From sequence record MT679221.1: a stretch of DNA of 64,000 nucleotides; one strand, given 5' to 3'. The notes beneath the pieces are model-generated. The model was not told the DNA's origin, did not search any database, and saw only the letters and a list, made by a program, of their open reading frames with translations. Numbering within the stretch: position 1 is the first letter of the stretch; each line of letters begins with the position of its first letter. Shown piece after piece: positions 17,745-27,515 of this stretch. Made by a program: the position numbers and the translations under genes.

Positions 17745-20486
17745 TTAGAGGACGTTGTCTGGGTTGTCGTCGGTAGTCCCTTCGTCTTCTGTGCCTTCCG
17801 TTCCCTCGGTGGCTGTATCCGTGGTTTCGGTCGTCTCAGTCGTTTCCCCCGTACTATCCCCGTCGGTTCCGTTATCCGTATCGAGATCGAGGTCTAAATC
17901 ATCGTCACCCCCACCACCGAGATCTCCTTCACCGCCACCGGTGTCACCGCCCGCATCAAAACCACCACTGAATCCGCCAGCAGATTCGTTAGGGTCAAGG
18001 TCAGCATTTTTCGCCAACGTTTCCAGACGACCTGTAAAGCGTTTCGCCAGTTGAATCAACGTCTTCGAAGCAGCCATCGCTTCATCAGTCATCATGGTGA
18101 TGTTGTCTTGACGAGACTTATCGTCGTAAACCAGATCGAAGAAGTCGGTTTCAATGCCTTGTTTACGCAGCCAGTTGCGCGTATAGAAGGATTTGATCAT
18201 CGTCTTCAGATCGTTCGGGTCCATCGTGATGCCTTCCTGCTGAAGTTGCGCAGCAATGTCATCCGTTACAACCAGATCAGCCAGCTTCTCAAAGAACTCA
18301 GTACGTTTATCGAACAACTCCATCTGCGAAGCTGCTGCTGAGGTGTCTGGTGGTGGTAAGGTTACTTTCATACCGTTGATGAAGGCAGCCAGATACTCAG
18401 AGACCTTTTTCGTAATCTGGTCAGTAGTCATCCCATTGCCGTTAGCATTGATGTACTCTGCAATGATTTTAATCATCGCTGATTGCAACGACGGAGAGGC
18501 CAACATCCCATTAACTACGTAACGTGTCAGTGGCTTAGAGAGAATCTCTTGCTTCTTAACAACCTGCTGGGTGACCAGTAACGATTTAGAGAAGATCTGT
18601 GAAGCAAACTCGATGTTCTCGGGGGTCATTACCAGGTCAGGGTCAACACCTGCGATGTGACAAGTGCGACGTAACAGACCTTCGTCGAAATCCTTATCCG
18701 GGTATTTATAATCCGGCGTAGTGTCCGACACAGACACTTTGGTACTACCGTAGTAGTCGTTACCAATAACGTTAAACGCAATACCTGCGTTTGTCGTCAT
18801 TGCCCAGGTGTCGTTCATGTCCCCCCACATCGGTTGACGACGGTTATAGGAGTTCATGATGTCTGTTTTCAGCTGGTCAATTGTTTTCTGACCGTTCATG
18901 TCATCTGGTGCCAACTCAATGTCGTACTGCATGTGACGTGCAGAGTTCAACACCGCAGAGTTCATGGTAGCGAACAACAGCGCCATACGGACAGTAGAGA
19001 TAACGAACGAGCGTTCGGTAATAGATACACCGATACCATCTTCATCAAAGTCCGTGGCAAAATAGCAAAGGTTTTCCGCAGGAATATAAATAACCTGCGT
19101 ATGACGTTTTGCCAGATGGCGCGCCAGCATGATACGGCTGAACGTTTCGGTTACTGTCATGCTAATCTCAGCACCACCCAACGCCTCACCCAACGCTTTT
19201 GTCAGCTGGTCTTCAGCAATCTCACCATAACGCGCTGTTAAGCGGTTAGCAATGTCTGGTGTGATTCGGGTTGTGTTGCCCATCCCCAGATTCGCGCGGT
19301 TGATTGTCGAATCTACCATACCGTCGTTGTTCAGGTAGTTCATGAAGTTCGCATCCCCGTAAAGTGTGGAACGCGAGTTAATGAAGTTACCCATTTCGTC
19401 AACGATGGCCAGATAACCTATGGGGTTACGAACATCGTCACCGATAACGAGTGGGAGTGTGGACTCTGCTGGCAGTAATCGTTCCGTGTATTCGATTTTG
19501 TTGGCATCGGAGAAACTCATCTTCGGTACTTCGCCGTAAAGCTTTTGCTCAGGCGTTTTCTGGTACGCTTCGTTGAGGTCGCCGATGTTGATTAAACCGA
19601 GTTTTGCCTTCTCTTGTTCGCTGTCTGTGAACTGGTCAGCGTTATACTCTGACGCACCTGTCGGCGTAGAAGGTTGTTCATATGCGTACTGCTCTAACTG
19701 ACCGAACAGGCCGGTGCGAGCATTCTCCTGTGCCACACGGCGATAAGCCTCTGGTAGCAGGGTAATACGCGGGTTGTCGGTGATAACGATATCCAGGGAA
19801 GCTAACATACCGTCTGCTTTAAACGGACTGTTAGGGGCTGCTGCAAAGTTAAGTTTAATGGTTTGTGGCTTGGTGGGCTTGTCAGCGCCACGTGCACGAC
19901 CCAGAATACTTTCTACGCCAACCTTCGGTTTGTTTTCACCGCCAATCTTGCCCAGGATACCCAACTGACGTTCAAAGAAGTCAGATTGGCTACGGCGCAA
20001 CGATTCGGTTGCAACAGACGGCTTTAAGCCGAAGAGTTCATCGAATCCGGTATCTGAAATCAGCAACACCGGGCTCGCGCCTTTGGATTTCAGTGCATCG
20101 TAAATCCACTGATACAGTTTGTTGGGTAACTGGCGCGTGTGGTCATGGAATTCACGCACAGGTTCCAATAACTGCTGACGCAGGTCGATCGGGATATCAG
20201 CCACGTTGTCGTAAATCAGCGTGGTGTTAATCAAATCTTTTGTGGACAGGAGCGAGGAGGTCGCGATGGTAACAATGACCTCTAACTCAGGGAGCGCATC
20301 AAAGATACGTTCGGCATTTTTAACGGTGCGAATGCGGCTACTCGCAATGCCCGTGAGTTCTGTACGGGTTGGTGTAACGCCGCCATCTTCACGCTTACCG
20401 CGTTGCTGCTGAGCCGACGGGCTCGTGGACTTACGCAGTATGGCAGCTACCGCGGGGTCGCCCGTTAATTTACTAATATCTTCCAT
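17745..20486 (-). CDS. Portal protein (phiKZ gp129 / SPN3US gp81-like)
   Basis: 913 aa; ATE-161 and AQE-254 counted here match recalled SPN3US portal cleavage sites; acidic C-terminal tail. Confidence 0.85.
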   Translation of the reverse strand: MEDISKLTGDPAVAAILRKSTSPSAQQQRGKREDGGVTPTRTELTGIASSRIRTVKNAERIFDALPELEVIVTIATSSLLSTKDLINTTLIYDNVADIPIDLRQQLLEPVREFHDHTRQLPNKLYQWIYDALKSKGASPVLLISDTGFDELFGLKPSVATESLRRSQSDFFERQLGILGKIGGENKPKVGVESILGRARGADKPTKPQTIKLNFAAAPNSPFKADGMLASLDIVITDNPRITLLPEAYRRVAQENARTGLFGQLEQYAYEQPSTPTGASEYNADQFTDSEQEKAKLGLINIGDLNEAYQKTPEQKLYGEVPKMSFSDANKIEYTERLLPAESTLPLVIGDDVRNPIGYLAIVDEMGNFINSRSTLYGDANFMNYLNNDGMVDSTINRANLGMGNTTRITPDIANRLTARYGEIAEDQLTKALGEALGGAEISMTVTETFSRIMLARHLAKRHTQVIYIPAENLCYFATDFDEDGIGVSITERSFVISTVRMALLFATMNSAVLNSARHMQYDIELAPDDMNGQKTIDQLKTDIMNSYNRRQPMWGDMNDTWAMTTNAGIAFNVIGNDYYGSTKVSVSDTTPDYKYPDKDFDEGLLRRTCHIAGVDPDLVMTPENIEFASQIFSKSLLVTQQVVKKQEILSKPLTRYVVNGMLASPSLQSAMIKIIAEYINANGNGMTTDQITKKVSEYLAAFINGMKVTLPPPDTSAAASQMELFDKRTEFFEKLADLVVTDDIAAQLQQEGITMDPNDLKTMIKSFYTRNWLRKQGIETDFFDLVYDDKSRQDNITMMTDEAMAASKTLIQLAKRFTGRLETLAKNADLDPNESAGGFSGGFDAGGDTGGGEGDLGGGGDDDLDLDLDTDNGTDGDSTGETTETTETTDTATEGTEGTEDEGTTDDNPDNVL

Positions 20487-20497
20487 TGGGGTCTCCG

Positions 20498-22681
20498 ATG
20501 CAGAGATTTAACATTTTTCGTGACCAGGCTATCCAGTTAGCGAAATCCCTGATTGTCAAATCAGAGAGCATCGCACAACAGATGAACCTGGCAATAACCA
20601 AAAACGGCGGTTTCGTTTCCGAGAACCGTGAGACGTGGCGGTATTACCTACACTTAGCAGGTAAACGACATGCAATCGACAAGCCGATATACATTACGTC
20701 ACTCGACACGCAAGAGCAGATAGAGTTAACGACGCAGAACCTCTCCCGTCATAAAAAGACCTCAAACGTATATCGTTCTAACCCGGAGTATATCGACGAC
20801 TTAATCGCCGAGTATCCGGACTACGCAGTATACATTCGCGGTACTTTCAATCCGATTGATATTGCATACGCGATACGTGTCGATGACTGCTCAATTTTGT
20901 ATTACGATCCTGCTTTAGTTGAACCGCAGGAGACGTCGTTAATTACACATATTGAGAACTTTATTCGTGCAGCACATGTGCGTTTCATGGCTGATGGCTG
21001 GAAAGTTCACAACGACTGTTTCGTACTGGCCTTTTACATGCAGCAGTACCCGGTGTGGCCGGGGCTTATCATGTACATCCGCAAACGGTTACAGTTTACG
21101 ACCGAAACGCACTCCTACTACGTGACCGAGTTCTTGGCTTCGCACCAAGAACTGCACGAGTTCATGCCGTACCTGACCCTCAAGCAGAAATTCACACTGT
21201 ATCGCAATATCCGTTACTGGGAACGTAACTCTGGTAAGGAAGAAATCTTTACCTGGATGATTGACACCCTGCTGACGGGTTGGGGTATGCCTGCTGTTGG
21301 ATATAAGGTCGCCCAGCAGATTCACGACCCGACGACGGGCAGTGACGATGACCTGACACCACTCCCGATCGGCTACCAGTCATCGCTTAACTATACTGAA
21401 CGTGACTCGGGCCGTGACCTGGACATTGTTAGCACAACTGACATCATCCAGAAAGAAATCAATCTGGCGTACAATAACCCAGTGCACGAACCTGACTATC
21501 AGGAAGACCTCGATCGGCGTTTGAGCTTGACGCAGTATCCGAACCTGCCAACGAAGTTAGTTGAGGTAACGGCGATTGACCCAGAGGCCATCGAACGTTG
21601 GGAATTTATGCATGGCTTGTTCAACGAGTGGATGCATATCGTGGCACGTGGACAGTACAACATTTACCACGAAATTCTTAACCCAACGAACGGGGATACG
21701 CTAAAGCTCACTTCAAAAGAGCTGCTGGCACTGTTCTTGTATGCGAGCTTCAAAGGTTATTCGGGTGTAGCACTGGATAAAATCCCGGTGTGGAACGTGT
21801 TTGGTGTGCTAATCAAACGCTGGGTTGGTTTTGATGAGATGGAGCAGCATCTGCCAAGCTCATGGCCCGGCCGTTTTAATGCGTTGATTAACTATTACAC
21901 GGACACGCATCATGAAGTTATCGGTAATTTGATGTCTGCAGATGAGTTGTACGATGAAATCAGCGAAATCATGGTGCAGAAGCGTCGTCGTTACCGTTAC
22001 TCGTATAATCGACACAAGCTAGCCGACCGTGCTGCCGGCACAATGCTGTTTACCTACCATTACCGTGACTATAAGTGCGATCTTGACCTACCTTACCGCG
22101 ATTACGACGAGTTCTTCAAAACGTTTGGTTTTGATTACGAGTTAGTCTCCGCGGAAACCTGGCAGGACATCGCCACCGACGCTTTAAACGTGGCCACTAA
22201 TCTGGAAACACGTGCGTCTGTCTCACAAGCTGAAATACAACGCGCGATGGTGCGGTTAATGACGAAACTCTCGTCGTATACTGTCCATTTTGCCGCACGT
22301 ATGGGTTCTGACACCTACGATGTCACCGACCCAGTCATCCCGATTCTGGATGATATTCTCGCAGAGGCTGCCGATACAACAAATATCATTTACCCTCTGA
22401 CAGACGTGCAGCGTGTGAGCCGTAGTTCATTCATGACGACGGATAAGCCCATCCCTGTCGCTCCCGTGATAAAGGAAATGGCAATCCCGCAACGTATTAA
22501 GTTGCGGATGAATGTCTACCCTGGTATCCGCGTGAAGGTCGAGCAGGATGTTGTGATCGATATGGTACAGCCACCTATTGATGTTATCCGTGTGCGGACG
22601 TCATTTGAGGAGTGGACGCTTGCCGAGCGCGTGGCCGACCGTGACATGGATGGCTTCCGGCTAGACCAATTACCAAAGTGA
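20498..22681 (+). CDS. Virion structural protein, probable baseplate wedge (SPN3US gp82 position)
   Basis: WRYYLHLAG..H..D, LYRNIRY..RNSGK and KLSSYTVHF motifs of phiKZ-like baseplate proteins; divergent from the portal gene. Confidence 0.65.
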   Translation: MQRFNIFRDQAIQLAKSLIVKSESIAQQMNLAITKNGGFVSENRETWRYYLHLAGKRHAIDKPIYITSLDTQEQIELTTQNLSRHKKTSNVYRSNPEYIDDLIAEYPDYAVYIRGTFNPIDIAYAIRVDDCSILYYDPALVEPQETSLITHIENFIRAAHVRFMADGWKVHNDCFVLAFYMQQYPVWPGLIMYIRKRLQFTTETHSYYVTEFLASHQELHEFMPYLTLKQKFTLYRNIRYWERNSGKEEIFTWMIDTLLTGWGMPAVGYKVAQQIHDPTTGSDDDLTPLPIGYQSSLNYTERDSGRDLDIVSTTDIIQKEINLAYNNPVHEPDYQEDLDRRLSLTQYPNLPTKLVEVTAIDPEAIERWEFMHGLFNEWMHIVARGQYNIYHEILNPTNGDTLKLTSKELLALFLYASFKGYSGVALDKIPVWNVFGVLIKRWVGFDEMEQHLPSSWPGRFNALINYYTDTHHEVIGNLMSADELYDEISEIMVQKRRRYRYSYNRHKLADRAAGTMLFTYHYRDYKCDLDLPYRDYDEFFKTFGFDYELVSAETWQDIATDALNVATNLETRASVSQAEIQRAMVRLMTKLSSYTVHFAARMGSDTYDVTDPVIPILDDILAEAADTTNIIYPLTDVQRVSRSSFMTTDKPIPVAPVIKEMAIPQRIKLRMNVYPGIRVKVEQDVVIDMVQPPIDVIRVRTSFEEWTLAERVADRDMDGFRLDQLPK

Positions 22682-22688
22682 GAGACTT

Positions 22689-23216
22689 ATGGGATACCGT
22701 ATAGATTTATCAAAAACCCCGAAACAGATTCTGGTTGAGAGAATCAATTACGTTTTTAAGTTATCGTATAGTGAAAATAACTACGAGTTTAACCCACGTG
22801 GGGTGTGGCCGCTAACCCAAGCAGAGCGACGCGCTAAAGGTGTGGAGTCTAAAGTTGCGGCGCGCTTTGTAAATGGGGTACACGGCACTCAAGAGTTTTA
22901 CCTGACTCGTGCGGACTTAAACAAGTTACTTAAAGACGTAACGGTTGAAGTCCCGAAGGGTGCGGCAGAATGGAGCCATGAATTAGTTCCGTATATTGTC
23001 GATGAGCTGGGTCTCCAGCTTGACACCTACGATATCATGGTTGAACCGATTACCCCAGAAATGGAATCGTATGAGGCGCGTTTAATCCCGCACCATCTAT
23101 CTTTCAAAGGCACGATTGCGATTACTTTTGTTGACCCAACTCCCCGTAAGCTGGCGCAGCTGGTAACTAAACGGGCACTCGACGGGTTTCGCCCAGGAGA
23201 ATTTTTAAATGGCTAA
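22689..23216 (+). CDS. Virion protein, dispersed member of paralogue family A
   Basis: N-terminal ILVERIN, Y.R.DL-like and LVT...LDGF motifs shared with the 54-60 kb array. Confidence 0.6.
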   Translation: MGYRIDLSKTPKQILVERINYVFKLSYSENNYEFNPRGVWPLTQAERRAKGVESKVAARFVNGVHGTQEFYLTRADLNKLLKDVTVEVPKGAAEWSHELVPYIVDELGLQLDTYDIMVEPITPEMESYEARLIPHHLSFKGTIAITFVDPTPRKLAQLVTKRALDGFRPGEFLNG

Positions 23217-24096
23217 CACCAAAGTTTACGATGGTAAACTGTCAACAGTGACTCTTAACGCGATGCGACTTACGACCGCGTTATTGACAGGTGCTGACGT
23301 GCAGTACCCACAGAAATCCACGATGAACGAGTTTTATAAACTCATGACCTCGAAAGTTCCCGATGGCGCTACACGTCCGCATTTAGGATACATGTGCGTG
23401 GGTAACCGTGGTCACATCGTTGATCAGTCTGATGTTGTGGCAGACGTTGTTCCCGTCGCGAAATCCCCGATTGCGTCAGGGATGTTCTCGCGCGTTCCAT
23501 TGGTACTGCGTACGTTGGATAATGACTTGTCTGATGAGCAACGTAAACAGTACGCTTTCCGTACTCGTGAAACTATCGGCGCGCGGGATTACTGGGCGTA
23601 TTATCTGAAACGTATCGACATGCGCGCAGTGAAGACCACTGACCTGGATATCACTCGCGAAAACGGTGTTGAAACCGTCAAAGATTTCGTCTATACCGAT
23701 GCGGAACTGAACCCGGTACCGAAAGAACTCCCAGACTACGATTACGACGATGATGGCACTGTAGAGATCCCCGACGGTCGTTATGTTGAATCGGGCGCAG
23801 ACCTGGTGATTCCATGGACTGAGTTTGATGTTCAGGAATACATGAACGTGACGGCGATTCTACGTGGTACGCCACGCAGTTCGATTATCTCTGAAATTGC
23901 GCTGTGCTCTGGCGTTGATACCCCTGAAACGGGTGAGTCGGCTACCGGTTCACAGTTCAGCTACGACGAAGCTATCGGTGTGCAGGCGTTGTACTACATC
24001 TCCCTGTTCACTAACCTGGCACAGACCAACGATCGTCTGTCACTGACCATCCGTATCGGCCAGCCGGCACCGTGGTTCTTAGGGACAGCTAACTGA
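23209..24096 (+). CDS. Conserved virion structural protein (phiKZ gp139-like)
   Basis: GYMCVGNRGH, AYYLKRID, IISEIALCSGVD motifs. Confidence 0.6.
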   Translation: MANTKVYDGKLSTVTLNAMRLTTALLTGADVQYPQKSTMNEFYKLMTSKVPDGATRPHLGYMCVGNRGHIVDQSDVVADVVPVAKSPIASGMFSRVPLVLRTLDNDLSDEQRKQYAFRTRETIGARDYWAYYLKRIDMRAVKTTDLDITRENGVETVKDFVYTDAELNPVPKELPDYDYDDDGTVEIPDGRYVESGADLVIPWTEFDVQEYMNVTAILRGTPRSSIISEIALCSGVDTPETGESATGSQFSYDEAIGVQALYYISLFTNLAQTNDRLSLTIRIGQPAPWFLGTAN

Positions 24097-24746
24097 TGCT
24101 GATTCCTGAGCCGAGGTTACCCGACAGTATGGTGAGGATTGCGGCTGTTGACCCCGGTACTGCCCATCTTGGGATGGCGGTTATCGACTGGGAATTTGGC
24201 CAACCTCAAGGTGAAGTTGTCTGGGCGGGCACGGCTCATGTTGCGGACCCTACGCACAATGGCTCTTTTGGTGAGTGCGTAGGGAAACGCGATGCGCGTT
24301 TGGTAGAATTAGAAGAACGCTTTCGTGAGTTTTTAAAACTGGCAAGGCCGACTTTTGTCGCTACCGAAACTCCGTTCATGCGAAGAGCTAAGCTCTCAGC
24401 GTACGAATCTGGGGTGGAATTGCAACTGATGTTGCGGCGAACGCTTTGGGACGTGTTTCCCGAAAAATATCTCCATGGGTTTAATCCTATTATTGTGAAG
24501 TCGTACGTTGGTGTGGAAGCAAAGGGTACAGATAAATCGCATATGCAACAAGCGGTGACCAAACTCTACGCGAACCATACCCGGTGCGACTTATCGGTAT
24601 TGGATGAACACAGTATCGATGCCGTGGCGGTGGGTAATATCTTCGTCAGGGTCAACTTATTAAACCTAAATAGTCTTCTTCCGCCCAAGGTTAAAGTTCC
24701 TAAAGCTAAGGCCGGTAAGCAGAAAGGAAGACGCCGGAGGAAATAG
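24096..24746 (+). CDS. ruvC: RuvC-like Holliday junction resolvase
   Basis: IAAVDPGTAHLG, ATETPF, VKSYVG, DEHSIDAVAVG catalytic pattern. Confidence 0.85.
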   Translation: MLIPEPRLPDSMVRIAAVDPGTAHLGMAVIDWEFGQPQGEVVWAGTAHVADPTHNGSFGECVGKRDARLVELEERFREFLKLARPTFVATETPFMRRAKLSAYESGVELQLMLRRTLWDVFPEKYLHGFNPIIVKSYVGVEAKGTDKSHMQQAVTKLYANHTRCDLSVLDEHSIDAVAVGNIFVRVNLLNLNSLLPPKVKVPKAKAGKQKGRRRRK

Positions 24747-24748
24747 CG

Positions 24749-25321
24749 ATGTCGCAGTCTTTGCAAGAAGCCTCGACGGATGTGTTGGATGTTCTTATCC
24801 AGGCGGGCACCAATAAATTAAGCCTGGAAGAGAGTAACCGACTAAAAACAGCCGCCCAGACCGCTTTGGGAAGTGATGTTGAAATTGATGTCACTAAACC
24901 TGCTAACGTGATTCTTACTTCTTTACGCCCCCTCATCCTTGAGCAGGTGGGGAACATGGCGAAAACGTTTGAATCGCAAGCAAAAGCCGCCGTAGAAAGC
25001 ATGGATGAAAAGCTCGCCAAAGAAACGTTATTGACCCTGTGGCCAAATTTGAAAGGTCCGCAGAAAGTCCTTATCGTTTTGTTGGTGCTGACCACTGTGG
25101 TGATTACTGGCGCGATGGCCTGGGACACGCACCTGCATTATCCACAGGAGTTAACGGATGTGCTGATTGTGGCGCTCTTACCTTTGTTTGCTCAGGCCGT
25201 GTTCTTTACATGGCCGATTAAGACGCTTGCTTACAATTCGATGGCCATTGGTGCCAAGGTTGTTGAATACAAGCTGAATAAGAGCAACGCGAAGCAACAG
25301 ACTACCGCACCTAAAGAGTAA
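24749..25321 (+). CDS. Membrane protein with two predicted TM helices
   Basis: VLIVLLVLTTVVITGAMAW and VLIVALLPLFAQAVFFTW; basic C-terminus. Confidence 0.7.
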   Translation: MSQSLQEASTDVLDVLIQAGTNKLSLEESNRLKTAAQTALGSDVEIDVTKPANVILTSLRPLILEQVGNMAKTFESQAKAAVESMDEKLAKETLLTLWPNLKGPQKVLIVLLVLTTVVITGAMAWDTHLHYPQELTDVLIVALLPLFAQAVFFTWPIKTLAYNSMAIGAKVVEYKLNKSNAKQQTTAPKE

Positions 25322-25323
25322 TT

Positions 25324-25367
25324 AAGCCCTCTTCTCCTCCTGGAGAAGAGGCTTCTTATTTTTTTTA
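25324..25367 (+). terminator. Intrinsic terminator
   Basis: TCTTCTCC-TCCT-GGAGAAGA stem then T run. Confidence 0.75.
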
Positions 25368-25417
25368 TTACGTCTACGTAAATTACTGTGTAAGCACGGC
25401 CCAAAAGGAATATAAAA

Positions 25418-26056
25418 ATGCAATTACAATTTCGTCAACGGTCTGTACTACTACCGTTTAGCGCTATATTAGGTTCGTTTACCAAAATGCTGTCTGTGGA
25501 TTTTACTGCAGCTGAGAAAGAAGCGCTGTTATTGGCGGCAGTCGAAGAAGTATTGTGGGAGGCGTTTTACGTAGTGCCGTTTCGTAGCTGCTTAAACGCC
25601 CCGTATGTTGAAGGGCAGTTTGTCAGCGCGCTTTCCGCTGCGATTACCAAACGTAAACTAAATGCCATGGCGCATGTCAAAGAGATCACCGCGCAACGAG
25701 GACGGATATTCGCTACCATCAGAAATGTGTTAATTAAAGAAGGGTTTCTTGCAGATGCGTTAGGTCCCGAGGTTCCTTGGGAACCGGGTCATCCACCGCG
25801 TCAGTTTGACCACGGGTACAAGTTAAGTATAATTATGCCACGCGGTAAGCGTGACGTCTCATTGGGGAAATGGTTACAGATAAGTTGGGTTCGTCCTACT
25901 ATCGATTGGCAAGAAATGTCGGTCAATCGCTATCTGGAACACCTGGCAAAAACACCGGCACAGTTTCACCGTTCAACAATCCTGCCGCTACACTTGCTGT
26001 TAAAACCGTCCCTGTCATTGGCAGAAGCCAGATACCTGCTTAGTGGAGAGAAGTGA
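25418..26056 (+). CDS. Hypothetical protein
   Basis: 212 aa; AAGGA SD. Confidence 0.7.
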   Translation: MQLQFRQRSVLLPFSAILGSFTKMLSVDFTAAEKEALLLAAVEEVLWEAFYVVPFRSCLNAPYVEGQFVSALSAAITKRKLNAMAHVKEITAQRGRIFATIRNVLIKEGFLADALGPEVPWEPGHPPRQFDHGYKLSIIMPRGKRDVSLGKWLQISWVRPTIDWQEMSVNRYLEHLAKTPAQFHRSTILPLHLLLKPSLSLAEARYLLSGEK

Positions 26057-26538
26057 TGCTTGTTATTAATGTGGTCGAGGATAAGATTCCCGCGAATGTT
26101 TATCCTGAACTGGTTGAATGGGTGCGCGACTTAAACAGTATCCGCGAGGAGCCTATTAAACTCACGATGTTTGTTGAGGATGATATCGTGCGGGGAATCA
26201 TGGCATGGGAACCTGGCCATTTGGTCTATATGGTTGTGCCCGAAGAATCGCGGCGGGGCGGTGTCGGCAGATTTATGCTTAAGTATCTTCAGCAGAACTC
26301 CGATCGTAAACACATCAGCTGTCGTGTTCACCCGACCAACATTCCCGCGCTAGGATTCTTTCACCAACAAGGCTTCCAGATTGACCGATGGTATATTGCT
26401 GCTGACGGCCAACGGTATTTTCGTATGACGAACTACAATGTTATTTCGTCACACACGCCGCCGGAGGAAAAGCTTTTAACTCATTACGCTGAAAGCGTTC
26501 CCATTTTTCTTTCGATGGCAGAAGGTCATTTCGTCTAA
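26053..26538 (+). CDS. GNAT-family acetyltransferase
   Basis: Motif A RRGGVGRFML and motif B NIPALGFFHQQGF. Confidence 0.8.
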   Translation: MMLVINVVEDKIPANVYPELVEWVRDLNSIREEPIKLTMFVEDDIVRGIMAWEPGHLVYMVVPEESRRGGVGRFMLKYLQQNSDRKHISCRVHPTNIPALGFFHQQGFQIDRWYIAADGQRYFRMTNYNVISSHTPPEEKLLTHYAESVPIFLSMAEGHFV

Positions 26539-26555
26539 ACGAGCGAGAGTGTATA

Positions 26556-27032
26556 ATGATACGTGTTGCTTACGAAACACGAGATACGGATGGAACCCGT
26601 ATAAACGTCATCCGCCGTGTGGAGCTTGTTCCTCAGCATGAACTGAATATTGCAGACAGTTCGCTTAGGGGCACTCCTGTTAAGATTCTGAATCTTACGA
26701 GACGTTCTTTTCATCACAGTAAGACATCACCAGCAATACGGTCCAGTAAAAGAAAAAGTTATGCCGATTTAAAACGTCGGTTGTCCCGGCATTTTCGTCG
26801 GAGTGCCTGGAAGGCTTTAGTTGAGGTTTTGGTCGACGAGCACCTTATCCAGAGGTTGGAGTGGGAAGAAGTTCTCAGGGAAGCGGGCTATCCAACAAAA
26901 CCTTTCTCTTATCACTGGCATCACTTCAAAAAACAGTTCCATGATGCCTTACAGGTATCGCCAAACACTCGCAACATGATTCACCGTTTGGAGAAAATGG
27001 ACTGGCTTCTACCCTATCTGGAAGAGGACTAG
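26556..27032 (+). CDS. Hypothetical protein
   Basis: 158 aa ORF within an operon. Confidence 0.65.
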   Translation: MIRVAYETRDTDGTRINVIRRVELVPQHELNIADSSLRGTPVKILNLTRRSFHHSKTSPAIRSSKRKSYADLKRRLSRHFRRSAWKALVEVLVDEHLIQRLEWEEVLREAGYPTKPFSYHWHHFKKQFHDALQVSPNTRNMIHRLEKMDWLLPYLEED

Positions 27033-27034
27033 AT

Positions 27035-27424
27035 ATGATGCGTGCTGTATTAGCTGTGTTTATAGTCTGCGTTACTGCGCCAGTAAACGCCTTTACCATT
27101 CAGGACTTCCCGCAGTATAAACCGATGTGGGAAACTGACGCACCTGTGAAATTCAGCGACAAAGATGAACCAGTCGTGACGGTGGAAAATGGTGAGTTTG
27201 CCGTGGTTAACTACGGACGTTCTGAACTGTGTCCAGGCGGTGGCTTTTATCTCGTTAACACAAAGCGCAAGACGTACCAGCCAATAGATGCGGGTACGTG
27301 TTCGTCGAAAGTTAAAGCGACAATTGCCCCGTCAGTACGAACACACTGCAGAGTTAATAACCTACGGTTAACTTTTTGGGTAGGTAAAGAAATTTCCGCA
27401 CGGTATCCTTTGTACGATTATTAA
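27035..27424 (+). CDS. Exported protein with a Sec-type signal peptide
   Basis: MMRAVLAVFIVCVTAPVNA-F (AxA-like cleavage site); three Cys in the mature part. Confidence 0.7.
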   Translation: MMRAVLAVFIVCVTAPVNAFTIQDFPQYKPMWETDAPVKFSDKDEPVVTVENGEFAVVNYGRSELCPGGGFYLVNTKRKTYQPIDAGTCSSKVKATIAPSVRTHCRVNNLRLTFWVGKEISARYPLYDY

Positions 27425-27431
27425 ACACAGC

Positions 27432-27468
27432 GTATAGGGGCTTCGGCCCCTATACTGTTTATTATTTT
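27432..27468 (+). terminator. Intrinsic terminator
   Basis: GTATAGGGGC-TTCG-GCCCCTATAC then T-rich tail. Confidence 0.85.
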
Positions 27469-27480
27469 CCTGTGAAGTAT

Positions 27481-27488
27481 TATGACCC
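27481..27488 (+). promoter_or_regulatory. Candidate late promoter TATGACCC
   Basis: Same octamer as at 3581 and 39348; precedes a virion-family gene. Confidence 0.5.
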
Positions 27489-27515
27489 CCCTTAATCAAA
27501 TACCAGGAGCGAGGC

